64,000 bases of DNA from Brachionichthys hirsutus (lineage: Eukaryota). The stretch covers positions 1,524,830 through 1,588,829 of the forward strand of contig NC_090911.1 of NCBI RefSeq assembly GCF_040956055.1. Direction: 5' to 3'. Made by a program: the position numbers and the translations under genes. Positions 48,539 to 59,677 of the stretch are shown here, piece by piece; positions within the stretch are counted from its first letter, which is position 1; every line of letters starts with the position of its first letter. The notes below the pieces were generated by a model, which saw nothing but the letters and a program-made list of their open reading frames with translations, searched no databases and was not told the DNA's origin.

Positions 48539-51500
48539 CTCCATCGGTCATGCTTCCTGCAACGCCACCAACCCGACTCAGGTACGTCAACGGAGACCCC
48601 CCCCCCCCGAACGTCAGGACATTCATTTGCCGTTTTCATGTCTTCAACCCCATTGAATTTAATTTGTGGTCGTGTTGGTGATGGGAAGGAATCTCCACAA
48701 TGATTAATATTCATATTCGCGCATCCCAGTATGGAACCAGAGCGGCAGCTAATAAGTGCTGATCATCAATTGGCCAATGACTTGCATGCCTAAATGTTTC
48801 ATTGATGGTATTCTATTAAATACCCTAAATCTATGTTTTTACCTGTACAGTAGTCCCTCATTTACCGTGGGGGTTACATTCCAAAAACAACCCGCAATAA
48901 GTGAAATCCGCAATGTATAGTAATTTTTATTTTTTTTAATTATTATTATACATGTACATAAATGTTTTAAGGCTGTAAAACCCCTCACCACGCACTTTAT
49001 ACACATTTAACAGTCAGGCATTAATCTAAATAGATTGTTTCAGTATTATAGAATGAAACCAAAGATCAAAACCTGTTTTCAGAACTAAATATAAATATAT
49101 AGTACGTACAGTAAACGTTTTCCTGTTAATAATGTTAAGGCGTGCAGGTCGAGGAAAGAGCCGCTTGGAGTGCAGAAGAACAAATATTCTACTCGTGCTG
49201 TCTTTAGCCTCTCATGCTGCTTTACTGGATAGCTTAGCACAGCGGAACGGCAGCGGCTACATGTATCAACAGGAAGAAACAAAACCTAAAAGGGACGTGA
49301 CGTTTATGCTCCTACAAAATAAAAGCCTCTTTTTACACAGAGAATAAGAGCGCTATTAAACAAACGCTTAACAAATAAACATGATAGCTTTTAGAAATGA
49401 CGAATTTAATTTTAATGATCAACCTACGAGGTTGAACACATAAGAAGTTATTAATAGCGACTCGCGCGTATTTCACAGTTCCTCCGACCGCGCCTCGCCG
49501 CTTCAAGGCGCGTTCAAGTGTAGAAAAAAATCTGAAAAATTGCATTAAAACTATATCGAGGGACTACTGTAATCAAATGTTCTGCGGATGTTTGTAATCA
49601 GATATTGTGTTCTTTCTCTTCATTCCAGACGTTGTAGCGTTCTGGATTCAGCCAGACTCCCGTGACCAGCCGCTGGTTTTATTTTAACGACGGCACGCTG
49701 GGCTTCTCTTTCTGCTCTTACAGGAGACGACACTGAATCCGATCAACTCCGAACAGAACATGTGTGATTTAAATGAAAGGCCCACTGTCCCCCCCAGTGG
49801 GGGAACCTCCTGGAGGTGTCACCGGACCGCTCTCTGTTTGGATCGGTCCATCTGAACTTTTGTCTTGGCCATTTCAAGCCAGCCAGCTAACCAGTAATGC
49901 TCTGGGTCCGGGGCCCGGCCCGACCGGGACCAGAAGTCGACGAGGTTCCCGCTTTGTTACAGACTTGGCCTGAAACTGATCCCACAACGATGGAATTTGC
50001 CCGAGAAAGATCTTGAACTTTGGGAGTAATACAAAACAAAACAAAGTGTTCTCGGCTGTGACGGAACCTCTCCTGAATACATTTGGTCCTTTTTATCCAG
50101 TATTTTACAGAAAGAGTTTCGTTAAATGAATGTTTCTCCTACCTGTAAACATTTCGGGGGGGGGGGGGGGGGTTGAATCTAAGTGTTTTTCTGAGTAGGT
50201 CAGCTGAGTGATTAGCGCTGACTTCAACATGCTGCTACCTGCTGAGAGGCTCGGGAGGTCAGAGGTTTTTCATTGGGTCATGGTCGCGTTGGCATCAATT
50301 TGAGCACTTTCTTCCTTCAAGGCTGATACCCCCCCCCCCCCCTATAAGGTCTGGGATGAAAGGTGTGTGCTCAGATGAGCAGGGACGACCCATCCTGAAT
50401 ATGACTGAGAGTGTGTATTGTGTGTCTTTATGTGTGTGTTGACTGTAAATGGCCCAGGCGGGTTCACGTTCCTTTTTAAAGCTAGGTTTTAGCTACGAGT
50501 CTTGCTGTTACACGTAGCATTGGTGTTCAGCAGGGCTGCTTGTGCGGCCCTGTTGTGCTTTGAGTGCGACTTTTGGGTTTCTATTCCACCAAACACCCTC
50601 GGGCAGATTCTTGGACCAGACCCCGGGAGATGCTTTTGCCATCTGGGTTATATTGATGCCGAACCGTGGAGGCGTGTGTTTTGGGGTCCATGTTTGCACC
50701 GTGTGGCGTTTGCTCGAGGCTATGGGCAGCTGATGGTTCATGAATGAAGCGGCTCCGCCCTCGAACTCTTCTCTTTGGTTTTTTGGGTTATGCTTTTCGA
50801 TATTTCCGGACATTGTGAACGACGGCGTTCCTTTACCTTCCGTGTGTCGATTGCCTCTGCAGGTGTTTCTCGTGTTTTTGTGACTGAGGTGGAAGCACAA
50901 TAAGTACCACTGCTAAACGGAGGCTGCCTGCTGTCGGGGCAAACTGGGAAGAGACAGAAACAGGAATTCGTTGCTTCTGCTGCCTGATCAAAAGGTGATT
51001 GGGTGTTCCAATCTGTGTTTGAGAGCAGTGTGGATCAATTTAGAGGTCAGGTTTACCGCTGCCCACGCCCCCACCCCGCACACACACACACACTCACGCA
51101 CTGTTCTGGTTCTGGTGTTCTGCAGTTTAAGGTGCTATGACGAGTCCCACCACTAGAGGTCAGGCCTGTGCACGTTTATCTTTTATGTATTGAATTGAAA
51201 CATTGCCAAAAGTCTGTGCTTTGGGGGCATTTTGTGGGAGCGTGGAGAGCGAGCTGCATTGATTATTAGGTGTTCGTTTGTTGTGATAAGTTATGATGTC
51301 GTCTACTTTGACTGGGAGGGGCTGCGTGTGTTTGGGTGGGGGTGGTACTGTTTTACTCGCTTACCCCTTCTAAGCTGTGTGGTGCAATACCTGGGTTGTT
51401 AGCGATGCTAACTAAACGCTCGGAGTAAACTCGCTCCTCGCCAACCATGGATGCTATTTTGTATGAATTCCCATAAATCCATTGAGGCCATTGATCCCCC

Positions 51501-52929
51501 ACGCGCCGAAGTATCTGACGAGAATGTCACCACAGCTGTATCTGCATCATCAAGATACGGACAATCTGCCTTTTCTCTGGTGTAAAAACGAATTTACATT
51601 TTATTTATTAAATTGTAAATATGTACCGGTACTGCAATTCAAGAAAAACATGGCTTGGTCTTCGTCTGTTCAATATACTGTTTCTAAGCGCCAACCTTTT
51701 GTATGTCTCAGAAATTGTTTTATATGTATTTTTTACAATAAATATGCGTGCGAAGTGTTTTGTGTTTAAGTGTCAGTGATTGATTTGTGTGGCTTTTTTG
51801 TGCCGTTCAGTGAGAGCTCAAGATACGAAACATTATTTTCCACTTGACACACTAACTTTACAAATGTGTTGCACAAATCTTTGTGACATAATTTCAAACT
51901 TTTTTTTTTGACGTTTGTTGTTCACAACAGAAACTGAGTGGCCTTTTTAAAAATCAGCTGTTACTTCGTGTCTGAGCACGAGACGGATGTAAAACTGTGT
52001 TGCTGAACAGTGATATCACAGATGGACTGAAATTTCATTTTAGTTTCACCTTCAGTTTGGATTCATGAAAACATCCCGAGTCGAGTCTGCAAACTTAAAG
52101 AACTTCTGCCTAGCAACAGCTGACACCGATCCTTAGTAACACATTACATTTCAGGTTATGTCCAAGTTTATTTAATGTTGCTTCTCACGCAGAAAGCGAG
52201 CGTGTTCTGAGAACTGGACCGTGCCAGACTGACCCGAGTCACCTCGGAAGTCCCCGGACCTCACACGGACAGCCTCACACGAAGTGGAGTAATAATGGTG
52301 TTTCCAATTTCCAAACTCTGAGCCTCCCCGTCTCGCTGACGGGAAGTGAAACTCCACATCAGGTCGGCAGAATAAAGTGTTTTGTTCTGCCTCCTCCCGG
52401 CACCGTGCCATTGGACCGTTGGTCTCAGACACTTCTGGAATCCAAGCAGAAGTAAGCAGAAACTACTCTTTACTCTCAATTGTTGTCAACAATGTTATCT
52501 TACTGTCGACCTCATCTTATATACTGTGCTTGTTGTACCGGTAGTAATTACAGCAGGATATTAAAGGGTCTTTTAGTCCAGATGAAAAGTAAATATATGT
52601 TTCCATTTAATTTACTAGTGTCTACTTTTGGAATGTCTTTATGTGGGCTGACCCTTTAGTGTCGGGAATGTTTTATGAACCTAACAAGGTTTATTTGTTT
52701 TTAAAGGAATTTAAGGACATTCTTTCACACTGACAACAAACAAACCAATGAACGACCTCCAGCTGTCTTGGTTCTCTGGCATTGTTCATATTTCTAGCAA
52801 CAATATGTCTTTTTTTGGGGGGGGGGCTCATTGTAACGCAAACATGTTTTCAACCATGGATTCAAATTTCTGGTTTATTATGGGGGACCCTGACTTCCAG
52901 AGAGTGAATGAGTCCAAGACTTCTATTTT

Positions 52930-53400
52930 TCTATAAAATGACAAACCGAAACGTTTGTCCTCTGTCTGCTGAAGCGGTTGTCCTCTGTCTGCTGAAGCGG
53001 TTGTCCTCTGTCTGCTGAAACGGTTGTCCTCTCTGCTGAAGCGGTTGTCCTCTCTGCTGAAGCGGTTGTCCTCTGTCTGCTGAAGCGGTTGTCCTCTGTC
53101 TGCTGAAACGGTTGTCCTCTCTGCTGAAACGGTTGTCCTCTCTGCTGAAGCGGTTGTCCTCTGTCTGCTGAAACGGTTGTCCTCTGTCTGCTGAAGCGGT
53201 TGTCCTCTGTCTGCTGAAACGGTTGTCCTCTGTCTGCTGAAACGGTTGTCCTCTCTGCTGAAACGGTTGTCCTCTCTGCTGAAGCGGTTGTCCTCTGTCT
53301 GCTGAAACGGTTGTCCTCTGTCTGCTGAAGCGGTTGTCCTCTGTCTGCTGAAGCGGTTGTCCTCTCTGCTGAAGCGGTTGTCCTCTGTCTGCTGACACGA
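52930..53400. repeat. Minisatellite with 23-29-bp units ((ctgctgaa(a/g)cggttgtcctct(gt)) of about 18 units)
   Basis: It is a direct tandem array immediately upstream of the putative TMBIM 5' exon. Confidence 0.9.
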
Positions 53401-53471
53401 GAGAAGAGGCCCAACTGCTCAAGTTTTACTTCCTGAAGTTCAGTCCGTTTCTGAGAAACGAGTCAGCAGCG
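53400..53471 (+). other. Putative non-coding 5' exon of the TMBIM gene (approximate)
   Basis: A GTGAGT donor sits at about 53472, 550 bp upstream of the acceptor at 54020-54022. The stretch has no coding potential and lies just after a minisatellite. The link to TMBIM is inferred only. Confidence 0.3.
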
Positions 53472-54022
53472 TGAGTGTTTCACAAAATATAAAACCACAA
53501 GAGAGACATGTTCACTATTGATGAAGGTGAGAACTGTTCATTTATTGGTGAGTGTTACAACCGAGGTTTCCACGGCAACAGGTCAGGATGAGACCAGAGA
53601 CCAGAGCTGCTGTCCCTTCGCCCTCTTTGTAGCCACTGATTACTGATCAGCTACAACCTATTGGAAGGAGGCGGAGACAAAAATGAATGATCAGGCCAGA
53701 GGGGTGGTGTGTAACTGTGTTATAAGTAGAGCCAGAATCCATCAGGAGTTGGCATACCCCCCCCCCCCCCACTATGAACAAAAGCTCTTTCATTTTAGCA
53801 GTCAGCTCTAAACAAATAGAAAAGCTGTGTAAGAATGTCGATTTTGTCATTTCTCAGTCACAAACGGCTCTTTTTTTGAATAAACAGGTGTAACTAAAGG
53901 CAGCGTGTGGTAGATGTGTGGACACAATGTGTTTAAGATAAATAGTATTTGTCAATGACAAATACTCCACAGACTCAATGTGATAAAATCTAATAAACAA
54001 TGACTAAATGCTCTCCTCCAGA

Positions 54023-54274
54023 ATGTCGGACACAGCGGACGTCCTCACAGAGACGGAGGCCGCTCCTCCTGGTTACGACTCCACCTCACCGCCTCCGTCC
54101 TACTCCTACCAGGAGCAGCGACCTCCACACAAAGTGGACACGAGTTGCTCTCAGCCTGCTGCTGGTTATGAGTCTTTTCGGGACATTTGTCCAGAGGCTC
54201 CATCGGACACGACTCCCCTCATCACCTCATCATCTTTTTATGACAAGAGCGTGAGGAGAGGGTTTGTCAGAAAG
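54023..54274 (+). CDS. tmbim1: TMBIM/Lifeguard family (TMBIM1-like) exon 1 (MSDTADVL..PPGYDSTSPPPSYSYQ...FYDKSVRRGFVRK)
   Basis: The exon is 84 codons and phase 0, with a GTTTGT donor. The motif F.DK.VRR.F(I/V)RKV preceding TM1 is diagnostic of the Lifeguard/GRINA/FAIM2/TMBIM1 family. The PPxY-like N-terminus is most like TMBIM1. Confidence 0.75.
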
Positions 54275-54488
54275 GTTTGTGCAACGCTGATCAGGGATAT
54301 CCGTCTATCACGCATTTGAAAAAAACACAACTTTCTCTGAAGTTAGATCAGCTGTAGTTCATGAAGGTAAGTCCATTTTTGGGAATTGATCAATAATCTA
54401 GTAAGGTTGTAATAAATAAATAACCATCCTTTTATGCATAAAAGAAATGATTCTAAATCCTGACAGCTGCTGGGGCCTCTTTGCACAG

Positions 54489-54680
54489 GTCTTCAGCATC
54501 CTGGCTCTTCAGCTGCTCTTCACTTTCAGCGTGGTGTGTGCGTTTACCTTCTCCAGCGTGGTCAAGCGTGCAGTGCAGATCAACCTGTGGGCCTACCTCA
54601 GCTCCTTCATCATCTTCGCCATCGTTGTCATCGCACTCAGCTGCTGCAGGTCCTTCAGTCGCCGTCACCCCTGGAACCTT
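54489..54680 (+). CDS. tmbim1: TMBIM1-like exon 2 (VFSILALQLLFTFSVVCAFTFSSVVKRAVQINLWAYLSSF..RRHPWNL)
   Basis: It has a ttgcacag acceptor and a GTGGGA donor. It is 64 codons. It parallels human TMBIM1 VYSIISVQLLITVAII...RRRFPWNI. Confidence 0.7.
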
Positions 54681-54800
54681 GTGGGACTGGCGAGTTGTTT
54701 TTTTAAAACATTCTTGACACTTTGACTTTGGAATCAGAGCAACATTTCTTTTTTAATAAATAAATTAGAATTGTATTTCAAGGTTGAATTTCATGTGCAG

Positions 54801-54929
54801 GTTGTGGTCACTCTGAGCTTGTCCTACATGGTGGGAACCGTCGCCTCCTTCCATGACACCATAGCTGTTGTCATCACCATGGGAACAACGCTGGCCATTA
54901 CTTTCACAATCATTGGATTCTCAGCACAG
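54801..54929 (+). CDS. tmbim1: TMBIM1-like exon 3 (VVVTLSLSYMVGTVASFHDTIAVVITMGTTLAITFTIIGFSAQ)
   Basis: It has a catgtgcag acceptor and a GTCGGC donor. It is 43 codons. Confidence 0.7.
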
Positions 54930-55027
54930 GTCGGCGCTGCATTCCAAAATCCAAGGGATTGAGAACTATTACAAGAGTAAAAAGAAGTAAAAGTAAAAGC
55001 TAAACGCGCTGCCGCTGTTCTCCGTAG

Positions 55028-55171
55028 GCCCGTTTTGACTTCACTCTTCTGTCTGGTGTTCTGATGATCCTGCTGGTGGACCTGGTCCTGTTCGGGGTCT
55101 TCAGCGCCTTCTATTACTCCTACGTTGCTGAAATCGCCTATGGATGTCTGGGTGCCCTGTTGTATTCACTG
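55028..55171 (+). CDS. tmbim1: TMBIM1-like exon 4 (ARFDFTLLSGVLMILLVDLVLFGVFSAFYYSYVAEIAYGCLGALLYSL)
   Basis: It has a ctccgtag acceptor and a GTAAGG donor. It is 48 codons. Confidence 0.7.
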
Positions 55172-55442
55172 GTAAGGAAATAATATATATATATATAAAA
55201 TCAGATGTCTGAAGATGTGTGTGAAGGCTTCAGGCTTTCAGTTCCCTCGTAAAACAGAACAGAAACTATTTCTACCGATACACTAATTGTGGTTTTATTA
55301 CTTAGAAACCTAGAATGTGTTTTAGGGTATCATCAGAATGTATTTTTTCTGATACCATTTACCTAGAGATCAAGCCCCCCCCCCCCCCTGCTGATTCCCT
55401 ATTGGTAATGCTTTAACCGGCCCCCCTGTCCTGATCCCTCAG

Positions 55443-55577
55443 TTCCTGGTGATCGACTGTCAGCTGCTGATGGGGCTGATGAGTCACCGCCTGGATCCAG
55501 AGGAATACGTCAACGCTGCTCTCATGATCTACATGGACGTCGTCCTCATCTTCCTCTGTCTGCTGGGAAGGAGATGA
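55443..55577 (+). CDS. tmbim1: TMBIM1-like exon 5 (FLVIDCQLLMGLMSHRLDPEEYVNAALMIYMDVVLIFLCLLGRR, then TGA stop at 55575-55577)
   Basis: It has a ctgatccctcag acceptor. It matches human TMBIM1 FLAYDTQLVLGNRKHTISPEDYITGALQIYTDIIYIFTFVLQLMG. A (CA)n tract starts about 20 nt after the stop. Confidence 0.75.
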   Translation, partial: FLVIDCQLLMGLMSHRLDPEEYVNAALMIYMDVVLIFLCLLGRR

Positions 55578-55594
55578 AACAGTGCACGCAGCAC

Positions 55595-55745
<151 letters not shown>

Positions 55746-56331
55746 AAGCCCGCGGTGGAACATCCTTTATTATCATCATCATGTTGAAACGTCAGTGAAT
55801 GAATATCAGTGTTCTGACAGAATCCTTCTTATGCATAAACAAATCAATCAGACAATCCCGTCAGAGCAACATTTAAAACAACAACAACTTGCAAGGCATT
55901 TTACTCTCTTGACATTTTGGCAATTGTTCAGCAGAATAACAGATAAGATGCCGTGTGTGACGAGCAATGCTGTACAGATTACATGATCCATCTTCGTCCA
56001 ACGGAACCTTCAGAGTCCAACTGACCCGACGTGACTCGACGTCTACAGCAGGCTTGTTCAGTGACTGGTTCACTGTAAGGATGCCGTTAGTTACCGTCTG
56101 AATTAAATAATCGTGGGGAAAAACAACTATTCAAGCGGCTCCCTAATTTGCCATTTAAAATGATATAAAAGCTGGTTTTATTCAACCACAGAGAAAAGCA
56201 GTGAGTCCTGACATTCGGCGCGTTTGCCTGCCCCAAGAATAAAAGCTGAGCAGCATCAACCGTAAATGAGGGGCCGAGCGGTGCGTCATCCATCCCTTGT
56301 GGAGGACAAGCCTCCCCGAAACACCCCGGCC

Positions 56332-56491
56332 TCACCACAGCGAGGAGTAGTTGAACCTGATCCGGAGCAGGTACCGCATGCGAGCCTGAGCAGGGTTGTA
56401 AACGATGAACTCGTTGTACAACAGGGAGTAACTGCTGCGGTTACCGACTCCCGTCTTCCCCACCGGCCCGACCGGCACGGTCGCTCCGTCC
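56332..56491 (-). CDS. parp2: PARP2 terminal exon (DGATVPVGPVGKTGVGNRSSYSLLYNEFIVYNPAQARMRYLLRIRFNYSSLW, then TGA at 56332-56334)
   Basis: Human PARP2 ends ..LNYNEYIVYNPNQVRMRYLLKVQFNFLQLW. The acceptor cag follows a (CT)n polypyrimidine run. Confidence 0.85.
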
Positions 56492-56574
56492 CTGGGAGAG
56501 AGAGAGAGAGAGAGCCCTGTCTGTTGATTTGTCGCTTCCAAAACGTGGCGAATCGAATCCAAAAATAATGAAGT

Positions 56575-56775
56575 GATGCTTCTGGAAAGAATTTGGGCAG
56601 CAGTGGCTCAGTCTGTTTGGATTTGGGTTGGCCACCGGAGGGTCACTGGTTCAAGTCCCGGCCCAGACAAAAAGTGTGGACTGGATAGGGGCCAATCTAC
56701 CTCCATTTCTGGTCATTTTTTGCTCCAGGGCACTGCCGATGTGCCCTGGAGCAAAAAATGACCAGAAATGATGAC
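56575..56775 (+). mobile_element. tRNA-derived SINE-like element in the last PARP2 intron. It carries an internal perfect hairpin
   Basis: The head ggctcagtctgtttggatttgggttggccaccggagggtcactggttcaagtcccggc has A- and B-box-like elements. The hairpin is ctggtcattttttgctccagggcac-tgccgatg-tgccctggagcaaaaaatgaccag. Confidence 0.55.
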
Positions 56776-56918
56776 TTGATGGACCCAATCACTAATTGAC
56801 TCCAGCGAACTGTTATAATCTAGATCCCGGGCTAAAACGTGCTGCGCATGCTCATTTCATGGGTCCACACCAAAATGTGCGACCGATATTTAGCCTGTAT
56901 AAAAAAGCATCCGCTTAC

Positions 56919-57043
56919 AGTGTGACAGCGTTTTTGGGGTCGGGTCCCGTCTGTCCCAGGCCCTTGGTGCTGTGTTTCCCCGCTGGCAGCTTGTTGGCCT
57001 CATAGTCGGCGCCCAGCAGCTCGTTGCAGTCTCCCAGAGCGAC
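56919..57043 (-). CDS. parp2: PARP2 catalytic exon (VALGDCNELLGADYEANKLPAGKHSTKGLGQTGPDPKNAVTL; includes the catalytic Glu of the ExE motif region)
   Basis: It matches human VALGQCNELLEANPKAEGLLQGKHSTKGLGKMAPSSAHFVTL. It has a cag acceptor and a GTAAGC donor. Confidence 0.85.
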
Positions 57044-57334
57044 CTGCACACAGACACGGGGGACACGCGCTGAAGAATGCTGACTCACAGCTGGGCTCAA
57101 CACGTGGAGGGCGTGGGTTCAAATCCTGTTGCTTTCATGCTGCTAGGAATTGTGGCCTTCAGGCTTACGGGGGTTCGACGTAAACAGCCTGTAAGCAACA
57201 TCACCTAGCACAGTTTGTCTTAGGGTAACTACCACCGGGGCAAAAGGGCAAATGCTCGTCAGAAATGTCACCATTTCCTCAAACGAACTGAAAAGCTGAG
57301 ATCCAGAATGCAGACACTTTTCATGCTTATTACC

Positions 57335-57950
57335 CTCGCCAAAGGGGGGCGAGGGTATTGCAATTGGGTCTGTTTGTCTGTCTGTTTGTTTGTCTGTCCG
57401 CGCGCATAACTCAAAAACTAGTAACCCAATCGACTTGTAATTTTTACACAAGCAAGGTTCTTGGCGTTGATCCGGATCTGGATCCAGATTCTAGAATTTT
57501 TTAAAGGATTCTTTAACATTGCAAGATAGGGCACGTTTTGACATTTTTCTTAATTTCTTCAAAACGCATGGCGGTATGGATCTGATAAGTCACACATCAC
57601 ACATAAGTACTCCTTAAAGGTCTATGACCATGACTAATTTCGGCCGGATCCGGATCACAATCCGGGTCTGAGAGCTAATTTTCGTTCTAAAATCAGCATT
57701 TTTCAGGAGTCCATCCTGACCTCAATTTTGGAGCTAGAGACTTCACATTTGGTGTGAACACTCATAGTTCATTCTAGTTTCATATATGTTACAGTTGTAG
57801 TTGTATCTTTTCCAGTTCCGGAGCAGCAAGCTAAAGCAGGTTTGGCCCCTCTGATCCGGAAGCCCTGTTTACTGTCTTACAAGATCGAATAATCTTTTGG
57901 AGGCGGGGTCTGCAATCTCTGATTGGCTCTTATTATTATTATTAGATGAA
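57335..57950. repeat. Unclassified repeat in a PARP2 intron that begins with a terminal hairpin (ccctcgcc aaagggg ggcgaggg)
   Basis: It has a palindromic terminus, internal ggatccggatc-type inverted motifs, and no coding potential. Classification as a TE is tentative. Confidence 0.3.
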
Positions 57951-58002
57951 CTAAAATGATCTTCATCTGATACATGCATCGCGTCCCCAGAATAGAACTC
58001 AC

Positions 58003-58101
58003 CTCACACAGCAGCAGCAAGCCAACATGGCTGTTCTGATTGGCGAAGCAGTAGTTGGCACTTTTTGACGACACGTCAGCAAAATAAATACCTTTTCCAA
58101 A
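58003..58101 (-). CDS. parp2: PARP2 catalytic exon ([33 protein letters not shown])
   Basis: It matches human [33 protein letters not shown]. It has a ttttttag acceptor and a GTGAGT donor, and is exactly 33 codons. Confidence 0.9.
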
Positions 58102-58188
58102 CTAAAAAATGAAGGAGAAGCAGGGAAACCATTAAATGGTGCGGAAAACACGTCAAGAACAAAAGAAGTTCAAATGAACCCCTCCTAC

Positions 58189-58288
58189 CATGTAGCCGGT
58201 GACGGGGGCTTCTGGCGGCGCCACTCGGAGCCCCTGACTGAGGATGCCGACCCAGTTTGCCAGACGGGAACCGTGCCACAACAGAGTC
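58189..58288 (-). CDS. parp2: PARP2 catalytic exon ([34 protein letters not shown]; contains the H-G-S of the NAD+ site)
   Basis: It matches human [34 protein letters not shown]. It is 100 nt. Confidence 0.9.
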
Positions 58289-58414
58289 CTGGTGCACAAC
58301 GGCGTCACATCAATGTTTAAATACGGATTATTCTTGTCATAGCGGAAGTCAGAGGAACATCAACGTAGTTCACGCACGCAGCGACCGGAACGTGCACCGT
58401 GTGCTACTTATTAC

Positions 58415-58542
58415 CTGTTGTGTAACTGCGAGAGGAAGCTGTCGCTCTCCCCTTCTCTGTCCACCGAGAAGATGTCGAGGACGGTCATGGTGTAGTCGGA
58501 GTGGGTGGGGGCGTGAGTGCTCCGCAGGTACTCTTCTATCAC
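58415..58542 (-). CDS. parp2: PARP2 catalytic-domain exon (VIEEYLRSTHAPTHSDYTMTVLDIFSVDREGESDSFLSQLHN)
   Basis: It matches human VISQYLQSTHAPTHSDYTMTLLDLFEVEKDGEKEAFREDLHN. It is 128 nt. Confidence 0.85.
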
Positions 58543-58639
58543 CTTCACACAAAGAAGAGGAACGTTCGGACAACGTTCCCGTCAGCCTTTGCTGCTCTCT
58601 GAACTGCTATCCGTCAGATAAAAAGCTGAGAAGGGAGTT

Positions 58640-58858
58640 AGAAACTACAGAAATGCCTCCACATACGAGCGCCCCGAGATACGAGCGCTCCGAGATACGA
58701 GATACGAGCGTTCTGAGACACGAGCGCCCCGAGATACGAGATACAAGATACGAGCGCTCCGAGATACGAGATACGAGCGTTCTGAGACACGAGCGTTCTG
58801 AGACAAGAGCGTTCTGAGACACGAGCGCCCCGAGATACAAGCGCTCCGAGATCACGCA
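58640..58858. repeat. 15-bp minisatellite (gagatacgagcg(c/t)tc-like units) in a PARP2 intron
   Basis: It is a tandem array that also contains nested gagatac half-units. Confidence 0.8.
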
Positions 58859-59105
58859 TGTAATCTGGCCTGTGGGTCAGTGCTCCTGTAATCTGGCCCG
58901 TGGGTCAGTGCTCCTGTAATCTGGCCCGTGGGTCAGTGCTCCTGTAATCTGGCCCGTGGGTCAGTGCTCCTGTAATCTGGCCTGTGGGTCAGTGATCCTA
59001 TAATCTGGCCTGTGGGTCAGTGCTCCTGTAATCTGGCCTGTGGGTCAGTGATCCTATAATCTGGCCTGTGGGTCAGTGCTCCTGTAATCTGGCCTGTGGG
59101 TCGGT
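58858..59105. repeat. 29-bp minisatellite of 8 units (tcctgtaatctggcc(c/t)gtgggtcagtgc), contiguous with the 15-bp array
   Basis: It is a direct tandem array. Confidence 0.9.
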
Positions 59106-59206
59106 ACTCCACAGAGATTCTACATTCACCATTTCAAGCTCACAGAACTCAGTTCATTTTCTGCCGTGCACTTTTTTTCTGAATGGCTGTTGCGGGACAA
59201 ACAGAC

Positions 59207-59341
59207 CTTGAACTCGTGGCAACTGGACTCCAACGGCTGCAGCTGGCACCTGAGGGACGAGTACTGTCTGTCCAGGGGGTGTTCGTCACCGTCCTCGCTG
59301 GACTTCACCATTTTTACTGCTATCTCAATGTCACTCAGAGC
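59207..59341 (-). CDS. parp2: PARP2 exon (ALSDIEIAVKMVKSSEDGDEHPLDRQYSSLRCQLQPLESSCHEFK)
   Basis: It matches human ALGDIEIAIKLVKTELQSPEHPLDQHYRNLHCALRPLDHESYEFK. It is exactly 45 codons. Confidence 0.85.
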
Positions 59342-59539
59342 CTTGAACAAGAGCAAAGACCTGCGTCACAGATTAATGTGAAGACATGAGTCGAGTATTT
59401 ATTGACAGGAAAGGGAGGCGAAGGAATGCGGTAAAGGGCAGCGGGTGGAGGCAACCCCGTCACTGCAGGACCCGGCCTCGTCCTACGGAGCCGCATTGCA
59501 TCCTCCGACTGGAGATCTGTTAACAAGGAAATCCTTTAC

Positions 59540-59603
59540 CTCCAAAAGTGCAATCTTTTCCTTCAGCTCATCTTCTGTGCGGATGATTGGAGGAGTTTTC
59601 AGC
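59540..59603 (-). CDS. parp2: PARP2 exon (LKTPPIIRTEDELKEKIALLE)
   Basis: It matches human LRTPPLIRTQKELSEKIQLLE. It has a tttttcag acceptor and a GTAAAG donor, and is 64 nt. Confidence 0.8.
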
Positions 59604-59677
59604 CTGAAAAATGACACCCTTTAGATTAAATTCTGGAGCAACATCAGGGCATTTCTGTCCAGCCACATCCTCCTTAC

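Noticed and set aside
52923-53422. Two overlapping 163-aa minus-strand ORFs (RTTASAE.. and GQPLQQRGQP.. repeats).
   Set aside because: They are frame-preserving minisatellite units of 23-29 bp and have no coding signals.
57045-57190. A candidate tRNA gene (GGTTCAAATCC B-box at about 57115).
   Set aside because: No complete cloverleaf can be drawn. The upstream A-box and acceptor stem are degenerate, and the B-box matches that of the local SINE family. It is most likely a SINE or tRNA-derived fragment in the PARP2 intron.
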